Of a stretch of 58,995 bases of DNA, positions 34,112 to 42,908 are shown piece by piece. Position 1 is the first letter of the stretch. Every line of letters starts with the position of its first letter. A model generated the notes under the pieces. That model had not been told where the DNA came from and ran no database searches. It was given only the letters and a program-made list of their open reading frames with translations. Source of the stretch: a virus (taxonomy: Duplodnaviria; Caudoviricetes). The stretch covers positions 1 through 58,995 of IMG/VR virus record IMGVR_UViG_3300049222_000252. The stretch is one strand, 5' to 3'. The translations under genes and the position numbers were made by a program.

Positions 34112-35185
34112 ATGGCAATAATTTATTCATACCCTTTAGTAACGAGTTTATCTGACTCAGATCTTATGCTTATAACATCTAGAGATAACGATAATGAGCT
34201 ATTTACTGGTAGCGTTAAGTATGAAACGCTAAAAGACAGTATATTATCTAGCTTTAACGGTACAGATAATTACATACCTAAGTTTTCTCAAGGAGCTCTT
34301 GTTAACTCTAATATATATCAAAGCGGAACAAACATCGGTATTGGAACTAATAGCCCTAATAACTTATTAGAAATAGAAACAGAAGATGGATCAGGCGTTA
34401 CGGGCAATGATGGCATATTTGTAAAAACTCCACAACCTGGCGTAGCGCCTATTATAGGTTATAAACAACCATTTATATCGATAGGTACGTCTGACGAAAC
34501 CGGAGCAACTTCCACGATTTATTTAGGCGAGGACGCCACGGCGACAGGCCAAGAAACTAAAATTGAATACGATCGAGATAGTGATACTTTAGGTATATTT
34601 GCTAAAGGGCAAGGAACATACAGAGAGCACGTGAGATTTGGAAATCCAAGTAGTACTTCCCCAAGAACTTATTTTTCTGGTGACGTAGGTATTGGAACAA
34701 ACGCTCCTTCTCAAAAATTAGATGTAGTTGGATCTATCGAGGTTAGCGATGGTATTTATATTGGCGGCACTGCTGCTGCTAACAAATTAGACGATTATGA
34801 AAAAGGTGAGTTTACACCTCAACTTACTACAAGCGGTACAGAACCAAGTATAACTACTAAACAAGGAAGATATACTAAAATAGGTGATACTGTATTTGTT
34901 GAAATTAGAATAAGGGACTTTGTTTCTGAAAACGAATCAAACGCTGTAACAGGTTGCACTAACTTACCTTTCACTGTTTTAGATACACTCTCAAGCACGT
35001 TTGTTACTGGTAGTGCTTTTGGTAGTAATTACTCAAGTAACTCAACTTATGCGGGTAGGCAATATGTTTATGCGCTTGATAATACAACAACTCTAACATT
35101 TAGAAATGGAGAATTACTTGGGATAGGCTTTGAGTCGGATAACACTTCAGAAGTTTCAGCGTCTATAATTTACAAAACAGCATAA
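34112..35185 (+). CDS. Tail fibre protein
   Basis: NIGIGT/DVGIGT repeats; ANKLDDYEKGEFTP...GRYTKIGDTV tip. Confidence 0.85.
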   Translation: MAIIYSYPLVTSLSDSDLMLITSRDNDNELFTGSVKYETLKDSILSSFNGTDNYIPKFSQGALVNSNIYQSGTNIGIGTNSPNNLLEIETEDGSGVTGNDGIFVKTPQPGVAPIIGYKQPFISIGTSDETGATSTIYLGEDATATGQETKIEYDRDSDTLGIFAKGQGTYREHVRFGNPSSTSPRTYFSGDVGIGTNAPSQKLDVVGSIEVSDGIYIGGTAAANKLDDYEKGEFTPQLTTSGTEPSITTKQGRYTKIGDTVFVEIRIRDFVSENESNAVTGCTNLPFTVLDTLSSTFVTGSAFGSNYSSNSTYAGRQYVYALDNTTTLTFRNGELLGIGFESDNTSEVSASIIYKTA

Positions 35186-35195
35186 ATAAATAAAA

Positions 35196-35438
35196 ATGGC
35201 ATTAGCAAAAACAAGAACATTAAATAAAATAGAAATTGTAGGAAGTCTTAAACACCTACAAGCGCGTTACGAAATTAAAGTAACAGACGGAGAAGAAGTA
35301 GTAGCAACATCTTACGAAAGAGAAAGCTACGCACCAAACACGTCGATAGCAAGTTTACCAACAGAGCTACAACCATATGCTACAACAGCATGGACAAGCG
35401 ATGTTGTATCTGCTTACAACGATCATATAGCAGAGTAA
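35196..35438 (+). CDS. Tail-fibre-associated small protein
   Basis: KIEIVG...AWTSDVVSAY; follows the fibre gene. Confidence 0.65.
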   Translation: MALAKTRTLNKIEIVGSLKHLQARYEIKVTDGEEVVATSYERESYAPNTSIASLPTELQPYATTAWTSDVVSAYNDHIAE

Positions 35439-35523
35439 AAATTACTTAAATCAAGTAAGTATATAAAATATACCCGGCCAGGGAAATGGCAACCAAATAA
35501 ACTAATATAAAAACCAAAACCAA

Positions 35524-35811
35524 ATGACACTATATTATAGGACTCAATCGTGGTCTAGTCAACCACAACCATCTGATAAAACCGTAGAATACTGGAAGCA
35601 CGCCGCTGAAAAGAAAAACTGGCGTATTGTACAATTGCCAAACGGATTTTATCAAACCGAATGCCAAGATCCTAATAAAGAAACTTGGATCGACGTAACA
35701 AGACGCGAAACCATAGAAGGAGCTGAAGCTGCAATAGATGCATCGATAGAGCATTACGAAAAAAAGCTAGGCTTTTTACGCGGACCGCAAGTTGTTAAAA
35801 CGTTTGAATAA
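35524..35811 (+). CDS. Hypothetical protein upstream of groEL
   Basis: WRIVQLPNGFYQTE...WIDVTRRETIEGAE. Confidence 0.75.
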   Translation: MTLYYRTQSWSSQPQPSDKTVEYWKHAAEKKNWRIVQLPNGFYQTECQDPNKETWIDVTRRETIEGAEAAIDASIEHYEKKLGFLRGPQVVKTFE

Positions 35812-35838
35812 ACAATCAATATAATTTAATTAAATCTA

Positions 35839-37392
35839 ATGTCAGACGCAATAGTAAAAAACCTTAACTTCGGTGAGCAAGCCCGAGCTGAAGTATTTGA
35901 AGGTATTGAAAAGTTAACACAAGCCGTTAGCTCTACACTCGGGGCTAGCGGTAAGTGTGTAATGCTTGAAGATGGGCAAGGTAAACCTGTTATTACAAAA
36001 GACGGTGTTACAGTAGCAGATAGTATTATTCTTTTAGATCCTGTAGAAAACATGGGTGCTACGCTTTTAAAAGAAGCCGCGCGAAAAACCGTAAAAGAAG
36101 CAGGCGACGGAACTACTACAGCTACAGTGTTAGCACATGCTATATTACAGCACGCTAACAACAGAGATGATGTTAATACACGTGATATGAAAAACGGTAT
36201 TGATTTAGCTGTAAAGAAAGTTGTAACGTATCTAGAAAACGCTTCTGTAGAAGTTACAGATGATATGTTAGATCATGTAGCAACGATTAGTTGCAATAAC
36301 GACGTTGAGCTTGGTAAGATCATAGGCGATGCGTTTAGATCTGTAGACAGAACAGGTGTTGTAATGATGGAAGCAACTGAAGACAATGAAACATCAGTTG
36401 AAATAGTAGAAGGAATTGAGTACGACAAAGGACTTGTTAATTCACATTTTATTACAAGTAAAACCAAACGTGCTGCCGAACTAGAAAACCCTCTAGTATT
36501 AATTGTAGAATCACCAGTTGAGAATATACGTAAAATACAAAGTGTACTCGAGTTTGTGATTAAAAACAACAAAGCGCTTTTAATTATTGCCGACTGTGAG
36601 CAAGCTGTCACATCAGCTCTTGCGATGAATAAAGTAAAAGGCAATATTAAAGTAAATGTAATCAATGCGCCTACATATGGCGTAAGTAAAAAAGATACGC
36701 TTTCAGATTTAGCATTGCTAACCGGAGCTACTGTAATCAATGAAGATCTTGGTGATGATATGGATTTAATCCAACCAGAATACTTAGGTCAAGCAGTTAA
36801 AAGTGTAACAACAGACACTGAAACAATAATTCAAGTTGATACAGATAACCCTAAAATCGACGAGCTTATATCTAGTTTAAAAGAACAATTAGTTAAAACA
36901 AAAAATCCTAATAAAGTTACTAAACTAGAAAAAAGACTTGCTCGCGTCTCTGGTAAAGTTGCTATTGTAAAAGTTGGGGCAAATTCTGAAATTGAATTAA
37001 AAGAAAAACAAGATAGAGTCGAAGACGCTATTTGTGCTACTAAAGCCGCTGTTAAAGAAGGTATTGTATCTGGTGGTGGTATTGCTCTTTTGAATGCTTC
37101 ACAAAATATAGAAGCAAGTAGTAAAGCCGAGCAGGTGTTACTTGATTCTATTCAAGCACCGTTCAAAACTATACTGAGCAATGCTGGTATTGAATCTTAC
37201 AAGATGCCTGATGCTGTGGGTGAAGGTTTAAATGTGGTTACAGGAAATATGGTAAATATGATACAGTCCGGTATCATAGACCCACTGCTCGTAACTAAGA
37301 GCGCTCTTCGGAACGCGGCTTCTGTAGCTACAACAATATTATCTACCGATTGTGTAATTAATAATCTTAGAATTAATGAAGGCAATAGGTAG
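35839..37392 (+). CDS. groEL: Group I chaperonin GroEL (no GGM tail)
   Basis: ITKDGVTVA, AGDGTTTATVLA, DRVEDAICATKAA, GIIDP. Confidence 0.97.
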   Translation: MSDAIVKNLNFGEQARAEVFEGIEKLTQAVSSTLGASGKCVMLEDGQGKPVITKDGVTVADSIILLDPVENMGATLLKEAARKTVKEAGDGTTTATVLAHAILQHANNRDDVNTRDMKNGIDLAVKKVVTYLENASVEVTDDMLDHVATISCNNDVELGKIIGDAFRSVDRTGVVMMEATEDNETSVEIVEGIEYDKGLVNSHFITSKTKRAAELENPLVLIVESPVENIRKIQSVLEFVIKNNKALLIIADCEQAVTSALAMNKVKGNIKVNVINAPTYGVSKKDTLSDLALLTGATVINEDLGDDMDLIQPEYLGQAVKSVTTDTETIIQVDTDNPKIDELISSLKEQLVKTKNPNKVTKLEKRLARVSGKVAIVKVGANSEIELKEKQDRVEDAICATKAAVKEGIVSGGGIALLNASQNIEASSKAEQVLLDSIQAPFKTILSNAGIESYKMPDAVGEGLNVVTGNMVNMIQSGIIDPLLVTKSALRNAASVATTILSTDCVINNLRINEGNR

Positions 37393-37636
37393 AAACTTAA
37401 TAGTAAACAAACATAAGGTAGGGGCTGCTAAAACAAAAGGCGGCCTTATCTTGGCTGAAAAACAAAGAGATGACATTAGGTATATAACTGCTGATGTAGT
37501 CTCTGTTGGTGATGAAGTCGCAGGCATAAACAAAGGCGATAAAATATATTACGACAAACACGCTGGTCACGGTATAGAGTTTGAAGATGAAAAATATATT
37601 GTTATTAAAATACAAGACGTTGTTGTAGTTCTATGA
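37376..37636 (+). CDS. groES: Co-chaperonin GroES
   Basis: KTKGGLIL mobile loop; VVSVGD; KGDKIYY; QDVVVVL. Confidence 0.92.
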   Translation: MKAIGRNLIVNKHKVGAAKTKGGLILAEKQRDDIRYITADVVSVGDEVAGINKGDKIYYDKHAGHGIEFEDEKYIVIKIQDVVVVL

Positions 37637-38079
37637 AAAGGCTAGAGGCAAGGGATATCAAAGATATGAACTTGTTAAAACACTATCGAATAATAAGACG
37701 GTGGGCTTGTAGAAACAACAACCTTTTAGATGCAGATCTAGAAGTGTTAATATATCTTGATTGTTTTGGTCTTTTTAATAAACAAGATTTTAAGCTAGGT
37801 ATATATTCTTATAGCTGGGACAATAGGCGTTTTAATAGATTACTTAAAGAAGGTTGGATTACTGTTTGGAGAGAAAGAAACAGGACCACGCAAAAGTATA
37901 ATATATATAAAACATCTTTTAAATGTCAACAGCTTATACAACGTATATACCGTATGATGCTAGGCGAAGAAGATATACCAACAAGCACAAGAAGAAACAG
38001 TATAATGAAAGGTGGTAGTTACTCTGATAAAGTTTTAATTACTGCTATTAAAAATGTTAACAACGATAAAAATAGATAA
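37633..38079 (+). CDS. Winged-helix-like protein
   Basis: DLEVLIYL...RLLKEGWITVW...IYKTS; MarR-like pattern. Confidence 0.55.
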   Translation: MKRLEARDIKDMNLLKHYRIIRRWACRNNNLLDADLEVLIYLDCFGLFNKQDFKLGIYSYSWDNRRFNRLLKEGWITVWRERNRTTQKYNIYKTSFKCQQLIQRIYRMMLGEEDIPTSTRRNSIMKGGSYSDKVLITAIKNVNNDKNR

Positions 38080-38081
38080 TT

Positions 38082-38486
38082 ATGCCTAAAAAAGGAATGC
38101 AGTACGATTACAAAGAAGCGTACAATAAAAATTTAAAACCGTCTGCGAGACTACACTATTTAGAAAATGCTAGGCATGATAAAGACTCTGCAGCTAAACT
38201 TGTAGATCCAATGATGGCTTCTGTAGGTATTGAACCTCAAATGACTTTTCAACCTCCCATGCCTGCTAACCAAATGGGTACAGCTAAACCTTTATTTAAT
38301 CCTAAAACGCAAGCATCAGCTGAGACTATATATGGAACGCCTGAGCAAAGACAAATGTCAGTTAACTCTGCGTTTATGATGGAATCACCTTTAGAAGGAA
38401 ACGCTTTTATTGGCGCTAAAATGGCTGCGGAAAAAGCTGGTGAATCTACTTTTGAAGTTGATGGAAAAACATTTAAAGTAAAATAA
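38082..38486 (+). CDS. Hypothetical late protein
   Basis: ORF track; Met/Pro-rich; C-terminal TFEVDGKTF. Confidence 0.65.
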   Translation: MPKKGMQYDYKEAYNKNLKPSARLHYLENARHDKDSAAKLVDPMMASVGIEPQMTFQPPMPANQMGTAKPLFNPKTQASAETIYGTPEQRQMSVNSAFMMESPLEGNAFIGAKMAAEKAGESTFEVDGKTFKVK

Positions 38487-38492
38487 ATAATT

Positions 38493-38702
38493 ATGAAACA
38501 CTCAATAGATAAAATAATTAAAACACCTGTACTTGAAGGGCAAGTAGGAGAAAATGCTTTATGGGAAGGACCTTTAGATACTGCAGGTTTCCCAATGGGT
38601 AAAGGCAGTAGCTCGGGCAAGAGTGGTATGCAAGTTAAAAAATATCCTTGCAAGTCTTATGACTTACAACCACCTATTACGCAGCGCGCGAAAATGGGTT
38701 AA
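38493..38702 (+). CDS. Hypothetical late protein
   Basis: 69-aa ORF coupled to the endolysin gene. Confidence 0.65.
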   Translation: MKHSIDKIIKTPVLEGQVGENALWEGPLDTAGFPMGKGSSSGKSGMQVKKYPCKSYDLQPPITQRAKMG

Positions 38703-39055
38703 TGAAGTATTTTAATTATGAAGAATTTGACTCGCCTGATGTACAGGGCTCAGGTCAAATGATGAGTAAAAAACTACTTGACATATTAGACAAAGTAAGA
38801 AAAAGTTTTGGTAAACCTATTGTTATAAACTCTGGGTATCGAACGCTTGCGCATAACGAATCTGTAGGCGGGACTGAAAATTCTTCTCATTTAAAAGGGT
38901 TAGCGGTTGATATTGCGTGTAATAATAGTATTGATAGATATACACTAACAAAGCTTTTAATGTTTCACGGTGTTAATAGGTTTGGTATAGCTAAAACATT
39001 TATACATGTTGATATGGATCCTGATAAATCACCTAATGTAATCTGGACGTACTAA
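38702..39055 (+). CDS. Peptidase M15A-type endolysin
   Basis: INSGYRT..HN..VGG..NSSHLKGLAVDI...FIHVD. Confidence 0.92.
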   Translation: MKYFNYEEFDSPDVQGSGQMMSKKLLDILDKVRKSFGKPIVINSGYRTLAHNESVGGTENSSHLKGLAVDIACNNSIDRYTLTKLLMFHGVNRFGIAKTFIHVDMDPDKSPNVIWTY

Positions 39056-39324
39056 TGGCTGTAGATAAAAAAACACTTAAGTGTAATAAGCCTCGGCGTA
39101 CGCCAGGCCATAAAACAAAATCTCACATCGTAAAGGCTTGCGAAAGTGGCATAGAAAAAATTATACGCTTTGGTCAGCAAGGCGTTAAAACAGCTGGTAA
39201 ACCTAAAGAAGGTGAGTCAGCAAAGCAAAAAGCAAGACGTGCAAGTTTTAAAGCACGCCATGCTAAAAATATTAAAAAAGGTAAAATGTCTGCCGCATAT
39301 TGGGCTGACAAAGTAAAATGGTAA
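39055..39324 (+). CDS. Small basic protein (IRFGQQG...RRASFKARH...AAYWA..KW)
   Basis: 89-aa Lys/Arg-rich ORF. Confidence 0.8.
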   Translation: MAVDKKTLKCNKPRRTPGHKTKSHIVKACESGIEKIIRFGQQGVKTAGKPKEGESAKQKARRASFKARHAKNIKKGKMSAAYWADKVKW

Positions 39325-39388
39325 ACAGATTAGGACTGTACAAACCTAGCCTAACACAAACACTAACACTAACATAAACACAAACACA

Positions 39389-39682
39389 ATGGCAAAATTT
39401 ATTGAGATTAAATCAAGCGGATCAGGTCTTGCAGGAGGTAATATTCTTATCAACGCAGACGAAGTTCTTTTAGTCGCAGCTGCTTCAGCTACTACAACTA
39501 CACTTACAATGTCTAGCGCTTCCACTGGTGGCGATGTAATTACAGTTACACACGCTAGCGTTGGAACTACTCCTTCAGTTCGTGATGCTATCAATGCTGC
39601 ACTTACTGCTAACCCAGGAGGCGTAAAAGCTAAAGTACAATTACCAACTGGAATCACTGTTTCAGGTATTGCAATTGCATAA
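39389..39682 (+). CDS. Small beta-rich virion protein (decoration-like)
   Basis: Ala/Thr/Gly-rich 97 aa. Confidence 0.6.
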   Translation: MAKFIEIKSSGSGLAGGNILINADEVLLVAAASATTTTLTMSSASTGGDVITVTHASVGTTPSVRDAINAALTANPGGVKAKVQLPTGITVSGIAIA

Positions 39683-39684
39683 TT

Positions 39685-39840
39685 ATGAAATCTAGAGGTT
39701 TAGGAGACGACATAGAAAAGTTTTTTAAGCGCACTGGAGTTAAAACAGTAGTAGATCAAGTCAGCGAGGGATTAAACATCCCTTGCGGCTGTTCTGCTAG
39801 AAAAGAGTGGTTTAATAAAAAATTTCCACATAGAGAATAA
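39685..39840 (+). CDS. Small protein with GLGD...CGC..RKEW motif (51 aa)
   Basis: MKSRGLGDDIEKFFKRTGVKTVVDQVSEGLNIPCGCSARKEWFNKKFPHRE. Confidence 0.75.
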   Translation: MKSRGLGDDIEKFFKRTGVKTVVDQVSEGLNIPCGCSARKEWFNKKFPHRE

Positions 39841-40148
39841 TGGCTTTTAAAATAACACCACCTTATAAACTGGAAAACACTCCTATATACCATGTAGACA
39901 TGGAAGATGGTGTTCTTGGTAAAGCTAATAATAACGGGACGATTATCATAAATAAAGACGTTCCGCCAAGTAGATTAAAAGAAGTGATTGATCACGAAAT
40001 GGTGCACATCGATCAAATGCGTCGTGGTGATTTAGACTACAATGCAACTCACGTCTTTTGGAAAGGTAAATACTACCCGAGATCAGAAATGAAAGAGGGT
40101 AGCAAAACTTTACCTTGGGAAAAAGAAGCTTATAATAAAACAACTTAA
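39840..40148 (+). CDS. Small zincin metallopeptidase
   Basis: HEMVHIDQ...PWEKEAY. Confidence 0.8.
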   Translation: MAFKITPPYKLENTPIYHVDMEDGVLGKANNNGTIIINKDVPPSRLKEVIDHEMVHIDQMRRGDLDYNATHVFWKGKYYPRSEMKEGSKTLPWEKEAYNKTT

Positions 40149-40158
40149 AAACAAAACA

Positions 40159-40431
40159 ATGCCTTATAATAATTCACCAATGAAAAAATCTTCATGCATT
40201 AAGATGTATGATAAAAAAGGAAAACCATCTGGACTTATGATGGAAGGATCTGTAGCTCACATGGAGTCTACGTCTCAAGAAAAGAAAAACTTAATGAAAG
40301 ACATGCCTGTTGATTCTAAAGCTTCAGCGATGGAAATGTCTCCATACAAAATGGAGCATGGATCTGCAGCTAAAATGAATCATGGATCTGCAGCTAAAAT
40401 GTCTCCATACAAGATGAATTATAAAAAATAA
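40159..40431 (+). CDS. Met/Lys-rich repeat protein (S-P/A-x-K-M units)
   Basis: SPYKM x2, HGSAAKM x2; 24-nt tandem duplication near 40357-40404. Confidence 0.7.
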   Translation: MPYNNSPMKKSSCIKMYDKKGKPSGLMMEGSVAHMESTSQEKKNLMKDMPVDSKASAMEMSPYKMEHGSAAKMNHGSAAKMSPYKMNYKK

Positions 40432-40827
40432 ATGAAAAAACTAATTCAATTAATAACTGGAGGTCTCATTAAAGATGTTGGTAAAGTTATAGATGACTTA
40501 ACAACTACAGATGAAGAAAGACTTGCAGCTAAACAAAAAATTGAAGAGTTATTAGAGCAAGCTGATAAAGATGCTCAAGATCAAGTAACAGAACGTTGGA
40601 AACTTGATATGGTATCTGACTCTTTTCTATCTAAAAATATTCGACCGCTCGTGCTTATATACTTAACAGTTGTATTTACAGTGTTATCTTTTTTTGATGG
40701 TAATATCGCAGGTTTTAAAGTAGATGAAGCTTACGTGCCAATATTTCAATCATTATTAATAACAGTATATGGTGCTTACTTTGTAGGACGTACGTGGGAA
40801 AAAAATAAAAAATCAAATAACAAATAA
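40432..40827 (+). CDS. Holin, GTA 3TM-like
   Basis: RWKLDMVSDSFLSKNIRP, TM segments, YFVGRTWEK. Confidence 0.85.
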   Translation: MKKLIQLITGGLIKDVGKVIDDLTTTDEERLAAKQKIEELLEQADKDAQDQVTERWKLDMVSDSFLSKNIRPLVLIYLTVVFTVLSFFDGNIAGFKVDEAYVPIFQSLLITVYGAYFVGRTWEKNKKSNNK

Positions 40828-40829
40828 TT

Positions 40830-41081
40830 ATGGGACAATACGGAAATCAACCTGACTTTGCAACTGAAGCGCAATCAGTTTCGCCTGGCGTTACAGGTTT
40901 AAAATCAGCAGCACTTTATATAGGAACAAGTGGAGACTTAGAAGTTCAACCAGTTGGTAACACTGCTGGCTCTACTGTTGTATTTAGAAACATTCCTAGC
41001 GGTAGCTTTTTACCTGTTATTGTAACTGGTATTATATCAGGCGGAAACTCTACAGCTCAAGATATCATAGCTTATTATTAA
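40830..41081 (+). CDS. Small structural protein
   Basis: ALYIGTSGDLEV...FRNIPSGSFLPV. Confidence 0.7.
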   Translation: MGQYGNQPDFATEAQSVSPGVTGLKSAALYIGTSGDLEVQPVGNTAGSTVVFRNIPSGSFLPVIVTGIISGGNSTAQDIIAYY

Positions 41082-41087
41082 TATATT

Positions 41088-42908
41088 ATGCCACTAACTA
41101 CCAAAGAAGTAGGTGTTAGCTCTTTTACTGAAGAAATAAGTTCTTTAGATAGAAGAAGTACGTATGTAGAAAACAGGGCATACGCAAACGTATTAGAAAA
41201 TAACTTCACTACTCCATATACGTTAAATAATAAATCTAGTATTATAAACGTACCTGCTGGGTATAGTGACGGCGCTTTAGCTAGCTTAAGACCTTCTTCA
41301 GGCGCTAATCTAAATGTAAGTTTTGCTAATCAAAACGGATGGAGTTGGGATGGTTCTGTTTTGTCTGCAAGTCCTGCAAGTGGTCAAGCACCTTTTAATG
41401 ATGATAGATTTTTGAGACAAAAAACCTATCTTATTACATTTAAGGTGTTATCCTACACAAGTGGTAGTTTAGGTTACAGATTTGGTGGTGGTAATGTTGA
41501 AAATGGTTATTTTAACAACGATTTAATAGAGGGTAACATAATAAGTTTTCAAGTTAAGTCAGATGCTATCGTAAATAATTTTCAGTTTACAACAAATGAT
41601 TTTAATGGGAGTTTATCTGAAATATCTTTTACTGAATTAGACACAGCTGACTTTGACTTTACAAGAGCATCTGTTGCTACAAGAGTAAACGAGCAAGGAC
41701 TTATAGAACAAGTTGCGATTGATATTCCAAGAATAGATTACACAGATGGTACAGGTAGTTGGTTGTTCGAGCCACAGAGTACTAATATAGTTACCGACAG
41801 TGAAGCATTAACTTATTTTAATTCAATATCAAATGCTACAACTTCGTCTGTCAGTATTACAAACCCAAAAGGCGAAAGCGCTGCGATTAAGTATATTCCC
41901 AATAGTGGAACAGGTGGAAACAGAAGTATTGGAAGATCTGTTTCAGGGTTAAGCGAATTACACACATTTTCTGTATTTGCTAAAAAAGATGAGTTAAGGT
42001 ATTTGTTTTTAAGAATGAGAAACTCACCTTCAGATATGGCTGTTTTTGATTTACAAGATGGTGTTGTGTCTGACACAAAACAAACAACTCAATTAGTTGC
42101 TAATAGTCCTAAAATAGAAAACTATGGTAATGGTTGGTATAGGTGTAGTGCTACATTCGACCCAAGTGGTTCTGATACAGTAGGTACATTATTTTTTAGT
42201 TTTAGTGCAGACAATACAGGTTCTCAAACAAGTAGCTTTAACGGAGATGGTGTTTCTGGTTTATTTTTATGGGGTGCGCAAATAGAAGCAGAAAGCTACG
42301 CTACTTCGTACATTATAACAAGCGGCGCAACCGTAACACGCTCGGCTGATGTAGCAAACAATAGCGGTAATGCTGACTTGTTTAATGATAGTGAGGGTGT
42401 GCTATATGCAGAGATTGCAGCTTTAGCTGATGATGGTACTTTAAGACGATTAAGTATATCAGATGGAACTAATAACAATAGGGTTTTTATTGGATATTCT
42501 TCTTCAAATAGATTTCAATTTGTTGTTGCTGATGGCGGTAGTGTGGTGGTAAATAAATTAGTTACAGTTAGTGATATTGCCTTACAAAATAAAGTGGCTT
42601 TTAAATATAAGCTAAACGACTGTGCAATTTGGATAAATGGATATGAAGTTGATACCGATACAGTAGCTACAATGCCAAGTGGATTGGACACACTTAATTT
42701 TGACCAAGGTAATGGAGGAAATGATTTATACGGAAAAGCAAAAGAACTTGCAGTATTTAAACAAGCATTAACAGATGCAGAGCTTGCTCAAATAACCTCA
42801 ACTACACAACAAGAAGTTTTTTACGCTATGCGTGATCGTATGAATATGAAAAACTATGATTACTACGAGTTTGATGATTATACAACAAGACTTAAAAAAT
42901 TATTTTAA
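41088..42908 (+). CDS. Spike/fibre with carbohydrate-binding and LamG-like domains (paralog 1)
   Basis: FTRASVATRVNEQGLIE, PRIDY, EPQSTN, YGNGWYR, WGAQIE, ATSYI, EGVLYAEI. Confidence 0.8.
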   Translation: MPLTTKEVGVSSFTEEISSLDRRSTYVENRAYANVLENNFTTPYTLNNKSSIINVPAGYSDGALASLRPSSGANLNVSFANQNGWSWDGSVLSASPASGQAPFNDDRFLRQKTYLITFKVLSYTSGSLGYRFGGGNVENGYFNNDLIEGNIISFQVKSDAIVNNFQFTTNDFNGSLSEISFTELDTADFDFTRASVATRVNEQGLIEQVAIDIPRIDYTDGTGSWLFEPQSTNIVTDSEALTYFNSISNATTSSVSITNPKGESAAIKYIPNSGTGGNRSIGRSVSGLSELHTFSVFAKKDELRYLFLRMRNSPSDMAVFDLQDGVVSDTKQTTQLVANSPKIENYGNGWYRCSATFDPSGSDTVGTLFFSFSADNTGSQTSSFNGDGVSGLFLWGAQIEAESYATSYIITSGATVTRSADVANNSGNADLFNDSEGVLYAEIAALADDGTLRRLSISDGTNNNRVFIGYSSSNRFQFVVADGGSVVVNKLVTVSDIALQNKVAFKYKLNDCAIWINGYEVDTDTVATMPSGLDTLNFDQGNGGNDLYGKAKELAVFKQALTDAELAQITSTTQQEVFYAMRDRMNMKNYDYYEFDDYTTRLKKLF

